52,238 nt of DNA from Spirochaeta sp. LUC14_002_19_P3. Lineage in GTDB: Bacteria > Spirochaetota > Spirochaetia > DSM-2461. Numbering within the stretch: position 1 is the first letter of the stretch; the number at the start of each line of letters is the position of its first letter. The position numbers and the translations under genes were made by a program. Shown piece after piece: positions 30,249 through 40,264 of the stretch. The stretch is from contig MUIB01000055.1 in NCBI GenBank assembly GCA_002084135.1, positions 1-52,238 of the forward strand, in the 5' to 3' direction. The notes under the pieces were generated by a model that ran no database searches, was not told the DNA's origin, and worked only from the letters and a program-made list of their open reading frames with translations.

Positions 30249-30442
30249 TTTCCCCTCTCCTTTTTAATTAGAATAATGAACAGGGCATATTTTCCGGTAA
30301 AAGGGAAAGTTGTAAACCTTCCCGGAAACCAGATACCCCATAAGCTTGGTAGCATGGCATGGAATCAGCGGATAGTCAAGAGGGCGTTTTGAAAAAATAT
30401 GAAAATTATGTCTCTTTTTTGTTCAAACAGGTTCCACCCCCC

Positions 30443-30600
30443 TTGTCATTTATTTCACCTTATGATACAGTACCCACGATCTGCCTGTTATGCGGATCCG
30501 GTGAACGCGTTGCGTAAACACCGAAAACTTCCGGCGATTCGTCGCCAAGAGATAAATGGGAAGGGCTGCATACTATGCAGGCTTAAGAAAAGGAGGATTC
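30443..30600 (+). promoter_or_regulatory. rpsB promoter and structured 5' leader (candidate S2 autoregulatory leader)
   Basis: TTGTCA-17 nt-TACAGT with extended -10 TG; hairpins GATCTGC..GCGGATC, CGGTG..CACCG and GGCGA-TTCG-TCGCC; RBS AGGAGG. Confidence 0.55.
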
Positions 30601-32940
30601 ATGGCAGTTGTAACCATGAAAAACCTGCTGGAGTCCGGTGTCCACTTTGGGCATCAGACCCGCCGCTGGGATCCCAGGATGAAAAAATATATTTTTTCAC
30701 AAAGAAACGGGATTCATATTGTCGATTTACAAAAAACCATCATCGCGATTAAGAAATCTTATGAGGTGGTACGCCAGAATGTGTTGGCGGGAAAATCGGT
30801 TCTTTTTGTCGGAACCAAGAAACAGGCTCAGGCTTCCGTTAAGAGTGAAGCGGAGCGCTGTGAGATGTTCTATGTGAACAACCGCTGGCTGGGTGGAATG
30901 CTCACCAATTTCACCACCATCAAAAAATCCCTTTTACGGTTGAAAAAACTTGAAAAGATGGAGATTGATGGCACCTTTGATCAGTTGACAAAAAAAGAAG
31001 TCGCACGACTCCTGCAGGAAAAGAACCGTTTGGAAAAAAACCTTGGCGGTATCAAGAATATGAACGGTCTGCCCGGGGTAATGTTTGTTATTGATACAAA
31101 AAAAGAGGCCATTGCGGTGGCCGAGGCCCGGCGCATGGGCATTCCCATCATCGCCGTGGTGGACACGAACTGCAATCCCGAAGGAATTGACTACCCTATT
31201 CCCGGCAATGATGACGCTATTCGGGCCATAAACCTTTTTACTCAGGTTATAGCCAATGCGGTTATTGAAGCCGACAATGAGCATGGACTGAAGGTTATAG
31301 AAACTCTTCAGGATGAAGACGAAGAGACGGATTATCCGGAGGGCAAGCCGGAGGACAAGGAAGCAAAAGAGTCTGCCGATTCCACCGATGCCGTGAATCC
31401 GCCGGATGCAGACAGCGGCAGTGAGGCTGGACATTCTGCAATTCAGGACTATGTCGATACAGACAGCTCTGAATTCAAGGAGAAGTACAGCGAAAGCACA
31501 GAGGCTAAAGGCCTTGCCAGTGCCAAAGGCCAATCTTCCGCTAAAACCAAAAAAGACTCCGCCGATGAGAAAAAGTCCGATAGCGATGAATCCGCGGCCA
31601 AGTCTGATGCCAATGATAAAGTCTCCACTGAAAAGAGCAACAAGTCTACTGCCAGGAAGAAATCTGCGGCCACGGTTGAGGTGAAAGACAAAGAAGAGCA
31701 GAATGAAGAACCGGTTAAGGAAACCAAGGCCGCTCCAAAAGCAAAGGCGAAAGCCAAAGAAGAACAGAGTGAAGAACCGGTTAAGGAACCCAAGGCCGCT
31801 CCAAAAACAAAGGCGAAAGCCAAAGAAGAGCAGAGTGAAGAACCGGTTAAGGAAACCAAGGCCGCTCCAAAAGCAAAGGCGAAAGCCAAAGAAGAACAGA
31901 ATGAAGAACCGGTTAAGGAATCCAAGGCCGCTCCAAAAACAAAAGCGAAAGCCAAAGAAGAACAGAATGAAGAACCGGTTAAGGAAACCAAGGCTGCTCC
32001 AAAAGCAAAGGCGAAAGTTAAAACCACGGCCAGCACTGCGAAGAGTACGAAAGCCAATACTGCTCCCAAAGAAAAAAAAGACAAGGACGATAAGACGATG
32101 AACGTTTCTCCACAGGATGTGAAGAAGCTCCGGGACAAAACCGGAGCCGGAATGCTGGACTGCAAAAACGCTTTAATTAAGGCTAACGGCGATTTTTCCG
32201 CTGCAGAAAAAGTGTTGAAAGAGCAGGGGCTGGCAAGTGCCGACAAGCGTGTCGGCCGGGCTACCAACAATGGCTCGGTATTTACTCTTATAGAGAATGG
32301 TAAAGCCGCCATGGCGGAGCTTACCTGTGAAACAGATTTTGTTGCCAAAAATGACGTATTCCGCAGTGCGGGGGAAAAAATAGCTGCGGCCGTTATTGCG
32401 GCAGGTTCCGCCAAAAAAAGCACGGACATTGAAAATTTAGCCAAAGAAGCGATAGCCGTTCTTAAGGAAAACATGCTTGTCGGAAGGATTGTCTATTGGG
32501 ATTGCGCCGAAGATGAACTGGTTAGCAGCTATGCCCATAACGGCGGAGTTATCGGTGTTATGGTTAAGCTCAAATGTGAAAGTGCTGACATTGCGGCAAA
32601 GGAGGAGGTTAAAGCTCTGGCCTTTGATTTGGCGCTTCATGCCGCGGCATACAATCCGGCTTATCTCTCCAGGGATACCGTAGACCCGGCCTATATAAAG
32701 GAACAGGAAGAAATATTTTCCGTTCAGGCCAACAATCTTGGCGACAAGCCGGAAAATGTTCTCAAAGGCATTGTAAGCGGCAAGATGAAAAAACATCTGG
32801 CGCAGATATGCTTTGTGGAGCAGGGATTTGTCAAGGAAAACAGCAAGAGCGTCCAGCAGGTTATAGATGAAACCGTTAAGACTGTCGGCGGAAGCATTGC
32901 TTTGACGGATTACGCCTACATTGCCGTTGGACAGGAATAA
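30601..32940 (+). CDS. rpsB: 30S ribosomal protein S2 fused in frame, through a long charged linker, to elongation factor Ts (779 codons)
   Basis: [19 protein letters not shown]...[11 protein letters not shown]2 core, with no stop before the EF-Ts domain. Confidence 0.9.
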   Translation: MAVVTMKNLLESGVHFGHQTRRWDPRMKKYIFSQRNGIHIVDLQKTIIAIKKSYEVVRQNVLAGKSVLFVGTKKQAQASVKSEAERCEMFYVNNRWLGGMLTNFTTIKKSLLRLKKLEKMEIDGTFDQLTKKEVARLLQEKNRLEKNLGGIKNMNGLPGVMFVIDTKKEAIAVAEARRMGIPIIAVVDTNCNPEGIDYPIPGNDDAIRAINLFTQVIANAVIEADNEHGLKVIETLQDEDEETDYPEGKPEDKEAKESADSTDAVNPPDADSGSEAGHSAIQDYVDTDSSEFKEKYSESTEAKGLASAKGQSSAKTKKDSADEKKSDSDESAAKSDANDKVSTEKSNKSTARKKSAATVEVKDKEEQNEEPVKETKAAPKAKAKAKEEQSEEPVKEPKAAPKTKAKAKEEQSEEPVKETKAAPKAKAKAKEEQNEEPVKESKAAPKTKAKAKEEQNEEPVKETKAAPKAKAKVKTTASTAKSTKANTAPKEKKDKDDKTMNVSPQDVKKLRDKTGAGMLDCKNALIKANGDFSAAEKVLKEQGLASADKRVGRATNNGSVFTLIENGKAAMAELTCETDFVAKNDVFRSAGEKIAAAVIAAGSAKKSTDIENLAKEAIAVLKENMLVGRIVYWDCAEDELVSSYAHNGGVIGVMVKLKCESADIAAKEEVKALAFDLALHAAAYNPAYLSRDTVDPAYIKEQEEIFSVQANNLGDKPENVLKGIVSGKMKKHLAQICFVEQGFVKENSKSVQQVIDETVKTVGGSIALTDYAYIAVGQE
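31690..32019 (+). repeat. 5 x 66-bp coding tandem repeat (KEEQ[N/S]EEPVKE[T/P/S]KAAPK[A/T]KAKA)
   Basis: CCGGTTAAGGAA recurs with a 66-nt period starting at 31711. Confidence 0.95.
32098..32940 (+). CDS. tsf: Elongation factor Ts (C-terminal part of the fused ORF; may also initiate internally)
   Basis: [19 protein letters not shown] and [12 protein letters not shown] motifs; AAGGA 10 nt upstream of ATG 32098. Confidence 0.93.
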   Translation: MNVSPQDVKKLRDKTGAGMLDCKNALIKANGDFSAAEKVLKEQGLASADKRVGRATNNGSVFTLIENGKAAMAELTCETDFVAKNDVFRSAGEKIAAAVIAAGSAKKSTDIENLAKEAIAVLKENMLVGRIVYWDCAEDELVSSYAHNGGVIGVMVKLKCESADIAAKEEVKALAFDLALHAAAYNPAYLSRDTVDPAYIKEQEEIFSVQANNLGDKPENVLKGIVSGKMKKHLAQICFVEQGFVKENSKSVQQVIDETVKTVGGSIALTDYAYIAVGQE

Positions 32941-32954
32941 TCGGGAGCTATAAG

Positions 32955-33497
32955 ATGCAGGACATAAAAAAGCACGCCGAAGACAGGATGAAGAAGAGCA
33001 TAGATGCTCTCAAGGATGATTTTAATCTGTTAAGAACAGGCCGTGCTTCTGCGGCACTGTTTGACAAGATTCGGGTGGATTACTATGGAACGCCGACACC
33101 TCTGAATCAGCTGGCAAACATATCCGTTCCAGAAGCCCGGCTTATTGTTATTCAGCCTTTTGATCGGAATGCAGCCGGGGATATTGAGAAGGCAATTCTC
33201 TCATCGGAGCTGGGCCTCAACCCCGGCAATGACGGCAAAGTTATCCGAATTAGCATTCCGCCTCTCAACGAGGAACGGCGGAAAGATTTGGCGAAACAGG
33301 CTAAAAGTATTGCTGAAAATGCACGGGTGGCTATTCGCAACATACGGCGCGACATTAATGATCAGATAAAAAACAGCGAATTGTCTGAAGATGAACAGAA
33401 GCGGGTTACGGCAGATATTCAGAAGCTCACCGATAGCTATATTGAGAAAATCGGCGAAATGTTAAAGGCTAAAGAACAGGAAATTATGGAGGTTTAA
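32955..33497 (+). CDS. frr: Ribosome recycling factor
   Basis: [26 protein letters not shown] and RNIRRD motifs. Confidence 0.98.
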   Translation: MQDIKKHAEDRMKKSIDALKDDFNLLRTGRASAALFDKIRVDYYGTPTPLNQLANISVPEARLIVIQPFDRNAAGDIEKAILSSELGLNPGNDGKVIRISIPPLNEERRKDLAKQAKSIAENARVAIRNIRRDINDQIKNSELSEDEQKRVTADIQKLTDSYIEKIGEMLKAKEQEIMEV

Positions 33498-34192
33498 TGG
33501 CCGCCAACAATTCTCCCCTCCCCTCCCATGTCGGCATAATTATGGACGGAAACGGACGCTGGGCGGGTGAGCGGGGAATGCCGCGTACCAGTGGCCATAA
33601 AGAGGGACTGGAAGCCGCTAAGCGCATCGTGGCTCATGCTGCGGAAAAAGGCATACAGGTGCTGTCGCTGTATGTTTTCTCTACGGAAAACTGGCGCCGC
33701 ACCCGGGAAGAGATTGACTTTCTGATGAATCTCATCCGCATACATCTGCGGCGTCAATATGATTTTTATCGGGAACATAAACTGAAAATTATCCACTCCG
33801 GGAACCTGGAACCGCTTCCAAAGGCTGTAAAGGAGGAAATTGCTCTTGCCGAAAGTGATACGGCTGAATTTGAAGGTATGAAGGTGAATCTCCTTGTCAA
33901 CTATGGCGGCCGGGATGAAATTATCCGCGCCGTGAAGGGACTGGCCGCAAAGAAAGCGGATTTATCTTCCCTTACGGAGCAGCAGCTTGGCGAGGGGCTT
34001 GACTGCCCTCTCCAGCTGGATTTATTGATACGCACCGGAGGGGAGCGGCGTCTGAGCAACTTCCTGCTCTGGCAGGCGGCATACGCGGAACTGTACTTTT
34101 CCGATGTGTACTGGCCGGACTGGTCTCCCCGGCATTTCGATGAGGCTCTTTCCTGTTATCAGTCCCGGCAGCGGCGCTTTGGAGGAACATAA
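33497..34192 (+). CDS. uppS: Undecaprenyl diphosphate synthase
   Basis: HVGIIMDGNGRWA, FSTENWRR and RTGGERRLSNFLLWQ motifs. Confidence 0.97.
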   Translation: MAANNSPLPSHVGIIMDGNGRWAGERGMPRTSGHKEGLEAAKRIVAHAAEKGIQVLSLYVFSTENWRRTREEIDFLMNLIRIHLRRQYDFYREHKLKIIHSGNLEPLPKAVKEEIALAESDTAEFEGMKVNLLVNYGGRDEIIRAVKGLAAKKADLSSLTEQQLGEGLDCPLQLDLLIRTGGERRLSNFLLWQAAYAELYFSDVYWPDWSPRHFDEALSCYQSRQRRFGGT

Positions 34193-34194
34193 AA

Positions 34195-35040
34195 GTGAAA
34201 AACGCCGTGCAGAGGATTATTCTCTTCGCCATTGCCATACCCGGATTCACCTTTCTCATTCTCCTTGTTCCTCATTATCATTATCTGTGGCTCACGCTAC
34301 TTCTGGTTCTGGTTGGAATTCAGAGCGGCATTGAATTAAGAGCGATGATGGCGAATATTGCCCCTTCTCTGCCGCTTTGGACAATTTTCATACCCGGCGC
34401 GGCGCCTGTCCTGTCCTGGTTGGCTATTGCGGGTTTGATTGATGTTTCCCTTACCGTGCTGTGTCTTACCTGCGGGCTGATATGGGCCTTTGGCGGATTG
34501 GCCTTTCTGCCTGAAAACAGCTTTTCTTCCGGAGTACAGAGACTTGCCTCTCGATTGATGATTATCATCTATCCGGGATATTTTATCTGGTGGATTCATG
34601 CCATAAGCGGTTTGCCAGATGCCCGCACCGCTCTCTTTGTTTTCATGCTCACTATATTTCTCAACGATTCCGCAGCCTGGCTGTTTGGAATGCTTTTCGG
34701 GCGTCATCGCGGATTGTTTGCGGTAAGTCCGAATAAAAGCATTGAAGGATTTATCGCCGGAGTGCTAACTTCCACACTTATTATTATGGCTTCTTCCTGG
34801 TTTTTTCCCGCTCTACTGCCCCACCCCAACTGGCAGCTCCTTCTGGGAGGCACTGTATTGGGTATCTCCATCCCTATCGGCGACTTAACGGAATCTGCCT
34901 TGAAACGTGCGGTGGGGGTAAAGGATTCGGGGCATATAATGCCTGGGCGGGGTGGTATGCTGGATTCCATTGATTCAATACTCTTTGCGGCACCTCTGTA
35001 TGTAATTTTTATTCGATTGGGGGGATACTCTCTTGCTTAG
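34195..35040 (+). CDS. cdsA: Phosphatidate cytidylyltransferase
   Basis: SPNKSIEG and GDLTESALKRAVGVKDSGHIMPGRGGMLDSIDS motifs. Confidence 0.95.
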   Translation: MKNAVQRIILFAIAIPGFTFLILLVPHYHYLWLTLLLVLVGIQSGIELRAMMANIAPSLPLWTIFIPGAAPVLSWLAIAGLIDVSLTVLCLTCGLIWAFGGLAFLPENSFSSGVQRLASRLMIIIYPGYFIWWIHAISGLPDARTALFVFMLTIFLNDSAAWLFGMLFGRHRGLFAVSPNKSIEGFIAGVLTSTLIIMASSWFFPALLPHPNWQLLLGGTVLGISIPIGDLTESALKRAVGVKDSGHIMPGRGGMLDSIDSILFAAPLYVIFIRLGGYSLA

Positions 35041-36382
35041 CGGTACTCTCCAGATTTTTTTAGGCATTTTAGGTTTGTCCATGGTTGTTCTCGTGCATGA
35101 ATTCGGGCATTTTATTATCGCAGTGCTAACCGGTATACGGGTGAAAACTTTCTCCATAGGCTTCGGAAAGCGGCTCTTTGGGTTCAGGAGGGGCGAGACG
35201 GATTACTGTTTTTCCTTAGTGCCGCTTGGGGGCTACTGCCGCTTTTATGGCGAGGAAACATTCAAGAATGCTCTGGATAAGGATATGGACAGCATTCCTG
35301 TTTACAGAGGGGAATTTTATGCCGCCGCGCCCTGGAAACGCACCCTTGTATCCCTTGCGGGGCCCTGTGCCAACATCGTATTCGCTGTGCTGATATTCAC
35401 CCTTATTGCCTGGATTGGTTATCAGTATCAATATTCCGAGCCAAGAATTATACTGCTTTCGGATTTTATGGATGGAGTCTGGCCCGCCGATGAAGCCGGT
35501 CTTCAAAGCGGGGACAGGATTGCCGAGGTGGACGGAGAGGCCATTGAGAGCTTTGAGGACTTGCGCCGACGGCTGATTCTGAGGCCGGGAGAGTCCATTC
35601 CGCTCAGCGTGGAACGGGGTGGACAACCGCAAAGAGTCAGCATAACGCCCCGTTTGGACAAGGAAAACGGCATCGCGGTAATAGGAGTATTGAACTGGAC
35701 CGATCCGGTAATTTCACAGGTTCAGCCCGGTTCCGCCGCCGATAAAGCCGGTTTTCAGCCGGGCGACAGAATAAGCGCAGTGAACGGTGTGCCTGTTTAC
35801 CATGCGGCGGGGTTTTACAAGAGCATAGAAGCTGCGCGCTCTCCTCTTGCGGTGGATTTTATCCGCGAAGGCAGGCAGCTTTCCACGCTGCTGAGTCCAG
35901 CTGGCGAATCTCCTCCCGGACTGGACTTTGTCAGACTGACAGGCCGATCTCAACAACGCAATTTTTTCGCATCGCTTTCCCAGGGTGCCGCGGAAACCTG
36001 GAATGTTCTGCGGGTAACCGTAAAGGGCATCCGCATGATGTTTATGGGCATTCGACTCCGAAACGCCGTGTCCGGGCCTATCCGTCTTATCACCTTTACT
36101 GGTGAAACCGTAATGTCCGGATTTCAGTTTGGTTTCGGCCCAGGTATGCTCAAAACATTCGAACTGATGGCCTTTATTTCTGTATCTCTCGCCTTTCTGA
36201 ACCTCCTGCCCATACCGGTGCTGGATGGCGGGCAGATTGTCCTTTTTGTGGTGGAAATAATACGGCGGCGTTCCCTAACGCCGCATGTTATATACCGCTA
36301 CCAGTTTATAGGGTTTATTATCGTGGTAATTATGGCAATAGCCGCAGCAATGGGTGATCTGCTGTATTTCCGTGCACAATAG
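35033..36382 (+). CDS. rseP: RIP metalloprotease RseP
   Basis: HEFGH, two PDZ domains and NLLPIPVLDGG. Confidence 0.95.
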   Translation: MLSGTLQIFLGILGLSMVVLVHEFGHFIIAVLTGIRVKTFSIGFGKRLFGFRRGETDYCFSLVPLGGYCRFYGEETFKNALDKDMDSIPVYRGEFYAAAPWKRTLVSLAGPCANIVFAVLIFTLIAWIGYQYQYSEPRIILLSDFMDGVWPADEAGLQSGDRIAEVDGEAIESFEDLRRRLILRPGESIPLSVERGGQPQRVSITPRLDKENGIAVIGVLNWTDPVISQVQPGSAADKAGFQPGDRISAVNGVPVYHAAGFYKSIEAARSPLAVDFIREGRQLSTLLSPAGESPPGLDFVRLTGRSQQRNFFASLSQGAAETWNVLRVTVKGIRMMFMGIRLRNAVSGPIRLITFTGETVMSGFQFGFGPGMLKTFELMAFISVSLAFLNLLPIPVLDGGQIVLFVVEIIRRRSLTPHVIYRYQFIGFIIVVIMAIAAAMGDLLYFRAQ

Positions 36383-36392
36383 GGGGAGTAAC

Positions 36393-38474
36393 ATGATATT
36401 TATGAAGCGATTAATTCTGCTGAATTTTTTGGCCGCAGCGGCAATGGTAAGCGCGGCGGGAGCCAACCGTATTGTTCTGCAAACCGGGCATGAAGGCAGC
36501 CCTACTGCCATGCAGTGGCACGCAAAAACAAAAAAACTGCTCTCTGTGGGAGTCGATGGAAATTTTATCGTTACGGACCCGATGAGCGAAAAAATAACTC
36601 ACCGCTTCAGAATATCGGACAATCCTGTTCACCAGCTTCAAGCCGATCCAACAGCGGACAGGGTGGCTATCGTTACATCAGAAAATGGTTCGTATACAAT
36701 AGCCGTTTGGGACTGGGGAGACGAAACAAAGCAATATGAATTGATGCTGCTTTCCGATCCGCTCTTTGTATCCTGGTCGGCAAAGAGCCGCTACCTCGTA
36801 GCAGGATTGATCGGATCGCCGAGCATGCTGGTATTTGACGGAAAAACCGGCAAGCAGCTTTCATACCTGAAAAACCTCCCCTCCCTATATTATTTTGGCT
36901 ATATCGGTTCAACAGAATCTACCTTAATGACCTATACCCTGTCCGGTGCCCTTGAATACTGGAATATTCAGTCGTCTGCAAAAAAGCATTCCGCCACTAC
37001 CCTGCCGGATCTGAAGGGCTTGGAAGTTATTCAAACCGGCAATAAATCCATGCTGTTTGCGCGTCAAAATGATCGTATTTTTCTTATAAACAGGGAAACC
37101 GGCAAAGTTCTGGATCAAAAAAATATTTCAAGAATGCAGGATGCCGCACTCGATCCCAGGGACGGTACAGTGGATGTCCTTGCCGGTTCGCCGGGAAGAA
37201 CTGAAATTCATCAGTTTACAACAAATAATGGCCAATTCACCTTAAGCAATATCATTATCCCGGAGGCCTCATTCCGCAATGATTTACTCCTTCTGGCCAA
37301 AGGGAATAATTTTACCTGTATTGCCACAAAGTCCGGCAGAATGCTAAAAGTTTCAGGAAACGATGTTAAAATATTATCAGAAAACAATTTATGGAAACCG
37401 GAAGGGCTGGCTGTTACCGATAATCAGCTCTATCTCAGCGGTAATGAGAAGATATTCCGCTTCACCTCGAAGTTTTTTTCTCAAACAGAACGGATAAATC
37501 TCAATACCTTGAGCCGACATACACTGATGATTCAGGAAACCGGATTTGCCGACAGCGGTGCAGGTACCGATATTCTTCCGGACGGCAGAGTAATTGTCTG
37601 GAATAAAAGCGATGGAAATTTTGCCGGGAAAATACGCATATTTAATTTTGATCAGCCGGAAAATATCGTTAAAATTGACACGAACGGAGCTCTGAGCAAA
37701 GTGGATATTATTGATAGCTCAAGGATATTCACTGTTAATCAAAGCGGAACGGTTAAAATACTCGATATTGAGAGTAAAGCGAAGCTTATGGAATACTCGG
37801 CACTGGGTCTTCTCGATGCCGCTTATTCCCCAGGGAATTTTATACTCGCCGGACATTCGTCCAACACCAATGCCAATACCGCGCTGGAAAGCATTGATGT
37901 CAGTACCAGAGAGTCTATGCCGATTACTGACAATCGATTCATGGTTTACCGCGTTACCGCCGGTGCAAACGCAATGTATACTCTGGGACTTATTCGAAAT
38001 TCCGGCAGAACCACAACAAAACTGTTAGCCCACAGTCTGGAAAATCCACAAAAATCACAAACTATAAAACAAGTCCATGGAGAGGATAGCAGCGCACTGA
38101 TTTTTCCTCAGGCTGACGGCGGTTTATACAGCACGCTGGGCGGTATGGTAAGCAGAATCAATAAATCACAGGAGACTGTTTATTCCTGGAGCGAGCCCAT
38201 TCGCGAGCTGCGCGAATACGGCAAGCAATTATACGGAATAGACACGACAGGGGTTCTTCTGCTTTGGGATACCAGTAAGAACACCGGGCCGCTGCTAAAA
38301 ATTCATTTTTTCAAAGATGGTTCATGGTTGGCCCAAAAGCCGGGAAGCAATAAAATCTGGGTTTCAGAAGAGGCCGTGAATAATTTTATACTGTATCGAA
38401 ATAACAGGGAATCCGATCCACGGAAAACAGCAGGCGTACGAATAATGCTTACCCAAACCGCCGCCGAAGATTGA
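36393..38474 (+). CDS. Exported WD40/beta-propeller repeat protein
   Basis: Signal peptide; GHEGSPTAMQW..LLSVGVDG and repeated WD/WN strand ends; RBS GGGGAG before ATG 36393. Confidence 0.7.
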   Translation: MIFMKRLILLNFLAAAAMVSAAGANRIVLQTGHEGSPTAMQWHAKTKKLLSVGVDGNFIVTDPMSEKITHRFRISDNPVHQLQADPTADRVAIVTSENGSYTIAVWDWGDETKQYELMLLSDPLFVSWSAKSRYLVAGLIGSPSMLVFDGKTGKQLSYLKNLPSLYYFGYIGSTESTLMTYTLSGALEYWNIQSSAKKHSATTLPDLKGLEVIQTGNKSMLFARQNDRIFLINRETGKVLDQKNISRMQDAALDPRDGTVDVLAGSPGRTEIHQFTTNNGQFTLSNIIIPEASFRNDLLLLAKGNNFTCIATKSGRMLKVSGNDVKILSENNLWKPEGLAVTDNQLYLSGNEKIFRFTSKFFSQTERINLNTLSRHTLMIQETGFADSGAGTDILPDGRVIVWNKSDGNFAGKIRIFNFDQPENIVKIDTNGALSKVDIIDSSRIFTVNQSGTVKILDIESKAKLMEYSALGLLDAAYSPGNFILAGHSSNTNANTALESIDVSTRESMPITDNRFMVYRVTAGANAMYTLGLIRNSGRTTTKLLAHSLENPQKSQTIKQVHGEDSSALIFPQADGGLYSTLGGMVSRINKSQETVYSWSEPIRELREYGKQLYGIDTTGVLLLWDTSKNTGPLLKIHFFKDGSWLAQKPGSNKIWVSEEAVNNFILYRNNRESDPRKTAGVRIMLTQTAAED

Positions 38475-38524
38475 ATACCCGGTATGTCTTGAATTTTCCA
38501 GCGGCATAATTTATTCTGTAATTT

Positions 38525-39127
38525 ATGTATACATCGAACAAACACCGCAATGTAACTTTTATTCTTGCCGGAATCTGCATAGCGGTATTTTTTATCACCT
38601 ATCTTGTGCCTGGCATAAGCCGCTTGCTAGCCATTTCACCTTATGGATTGCTGCGGCTGGGTATGTTCTGGACTCCTTTAACCTACATGTTCGTTCACGG
38701 CGGAATATCCCATCTGCTGTTCAATATGGTGTTTCTTATTTTCATTGCTCCCAGCGTGGAGGAACGCATGGGAAGCCGGGAATTCACGGTTTACTATCTG
38801 CTCACAGGTGTTTTGGCAGGGCTGTTTTCCGTGTTCGCATACATGGCCTCCGGGGCGAACACCTTTATCGTTGGGGCTTCCGGTGCCCTTTATGGAGTGC
38901 TTCTCGCATTTGCGGCCTATTTCCCCCAGGCACGGCTCATGGTATTCTATGTTATTCCGATGCGTGCCCCCTATGCCATGGCTTTGTTTGCCGGTTTGGA
39001 TCTGTTCATGCAGCTCCGGGGCGGTACGGGCGTAGCCCATCTTACCCACTTAAGCGGATTATTCTTTGGCTATCTGTACTTTCTCATCCGGCTGCGCATC
39101 GATCCTGTTAAGGAAATGAGACGCTGA
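38525..39127 (+). CDS. Rhomboid-family intramembrane serine protease
   Basis: TYMFVHGG.SHLLFNM, GASG and AHLTHLSG motifs. Confidence 0.93.
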   Translation: MYTSNKHRNVTFILAGICIAVFFITYLVPGISRLLAISPYGLLRLGMFWTPLTYMFVHGGISHLLFNMVFLIFIAPSVEERMGSREFTVYYLLTGVLAGLFSVFAYMASGANTFIVGASGALYGVLLAFAAYFPQARLMVFYVIPMRAPYAMALFAGLDLFMQLRGGTGVAHLTHLSGLFFGYLYFLIRLRIDPVKEMRR

Positions 39128-39801
39128 AAGCACGGCTTTTCTTCCTGCTGCTCTCCCTGTCCGCTTCCTTTTCGCTGATGGCCAAACCCCTGCGGGGGGA
39201 ACTGTGGCTGGCACCCAATTTATTGATTCTGGACAGCATTGTCGGAAATTCAATGCTTGGTGCTTCCATGGAGGAACGGCAGGAAGCCGCCATAAAGCAG
39301 CTCCTGGAAGATGCCCGCTGGGCCTTTTCCGGCATGCTCTACGGCTTTAACATACTCTGGAAACCCCCTTCACCCGAAAGAAATATAAAAGAAACCCTTG
39401 AAATTCAGCTCATCGGAACCATTCCCCGCGGGGATCCCCGTTTAAAGGTGATCTCCACCGTCTGGGAGGATGACATTCTCTATGTTCTTCTGGAATACCA
39501 GATGGATGAAACCCAGCAGCGTCGTCTGGAGGCCTGGAGGAGTCAGGCTCTGCCCTTCGCTGCCGGAAGCGGAACAGGAGATATCTTTGAAGAGCAACCC
39601 TATCGAACAGCAATGGAACAGGCTATTCGGGAAGCCATGAGAAGCTATTTCCGTGCCCGCTACTACAGCAGGCCAAGGCTCATTCAAGGCAAGGCAGGAC
39701 TCCTGGACTTCCCCAAAGCCGGATTTTGGCAGGCAAGCATTCAGGCTTCTGTTAAGTTGGCCTTGGACATACCTCCACCAGAACCTTACTCCGTATATTA
39801 A
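39124..39801 (+). CDS. Exported hypothetical protein (probable CTG start; ATG alternative at 39178)
   Basis: The frame stays open upstream of 39178 and gives a signal peptide LKARLFFLLLSLSASFSLMA; CTGA overlaps the rhomboid stop. Confidence 0.6.
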   Translation: MKARLFFLLLSLSASFSLMAKPLRGELWLAPNLLILDSIVGNSMLGASMEERQEAAIKQLLEDARWAFSGMLYGFNILWKPPSPERNIKETLEIQLIGTIPRGDPRLKVISTVWEDDILYVLLEYQMDETQQRRLEAWRSQALPFAAGSGTGDIFEEQPYRTAMEQAIREAMRSYFRARYYSRPRLIQGKAGLLDFPKAGFWQASIQASVKLALDIPPPEPYSVY

Positions 39802-40039
39802 ATGGGCACCTTAACATACAAAAATAAACGGAAAATTATCAAATTATTCAGTTTTTCATACTAGTACATATAATGAATTAACCAGCAACATATAGTGTAA
39901 AAATACTAATTAAGGTAAACTAAGAACATTTCAAACGCATAAAATGAAAAAATAATTCAATTATTTTATATTTTTGCACATTTTCCTCTTGTATTGTTTG
40001 AATCTAATCTGTTACCATTATACCAATGGAGGGAGCTAC

Positions 40040-40264
40040 ATGAAGCAGGGCATACCTGAAATTGACAAGGAACGCTGCAAGGGCTGCGGCCTGTGCATTG
40101 CGAACTGTCCCAAAAACATTCTCGAAATGGCCAATGACATAAACAGTTTTGGTGCTTATTACACAATTTGCAGCGATGAGAGCCAATGTATTGCCTGCGG
40201 AGCCTGTTCGCTCATGTGTCCCGATGCCGCAATTGAAATTATTTTAAAAAGAGAGGTTGGCTAA
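40040..40264 (+). CDS. 2[4Fe-4S] ferredoxin, delta subunit of a 2-oxoacid:ferredoxin oxidoreductase
   Basis: CKGCGLCIANCP and CIACGACSLMCP; RBS GGAGG before ATG 40040. Confidence 0.92.
   Translation: MKQGIPEIDKERCKGCGLCIANCPKNILEMANDINSFGAYYTICSDESQCIACGACSLMCPDAAIEIILKREVG

Noticed and set aside
31690..32019. 66-bp periodic repeat as a possible CRISPR array
   Set aside because: Units are near-identical along their whole length with no unique spacers, are in frame in a CDS, and no cas genes are present.
31449..32474. 341-aa hydrophobic repeat ORF on the minus strand
   Set aside because: Mirror translation of the A-rich rpsB-tsf linker repeats.
32941..32954. Absence of pyrH between tsf and frr
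   Set aside because: This is the normal arrangement in Treponema and Borrelia, so it is not unusual here.
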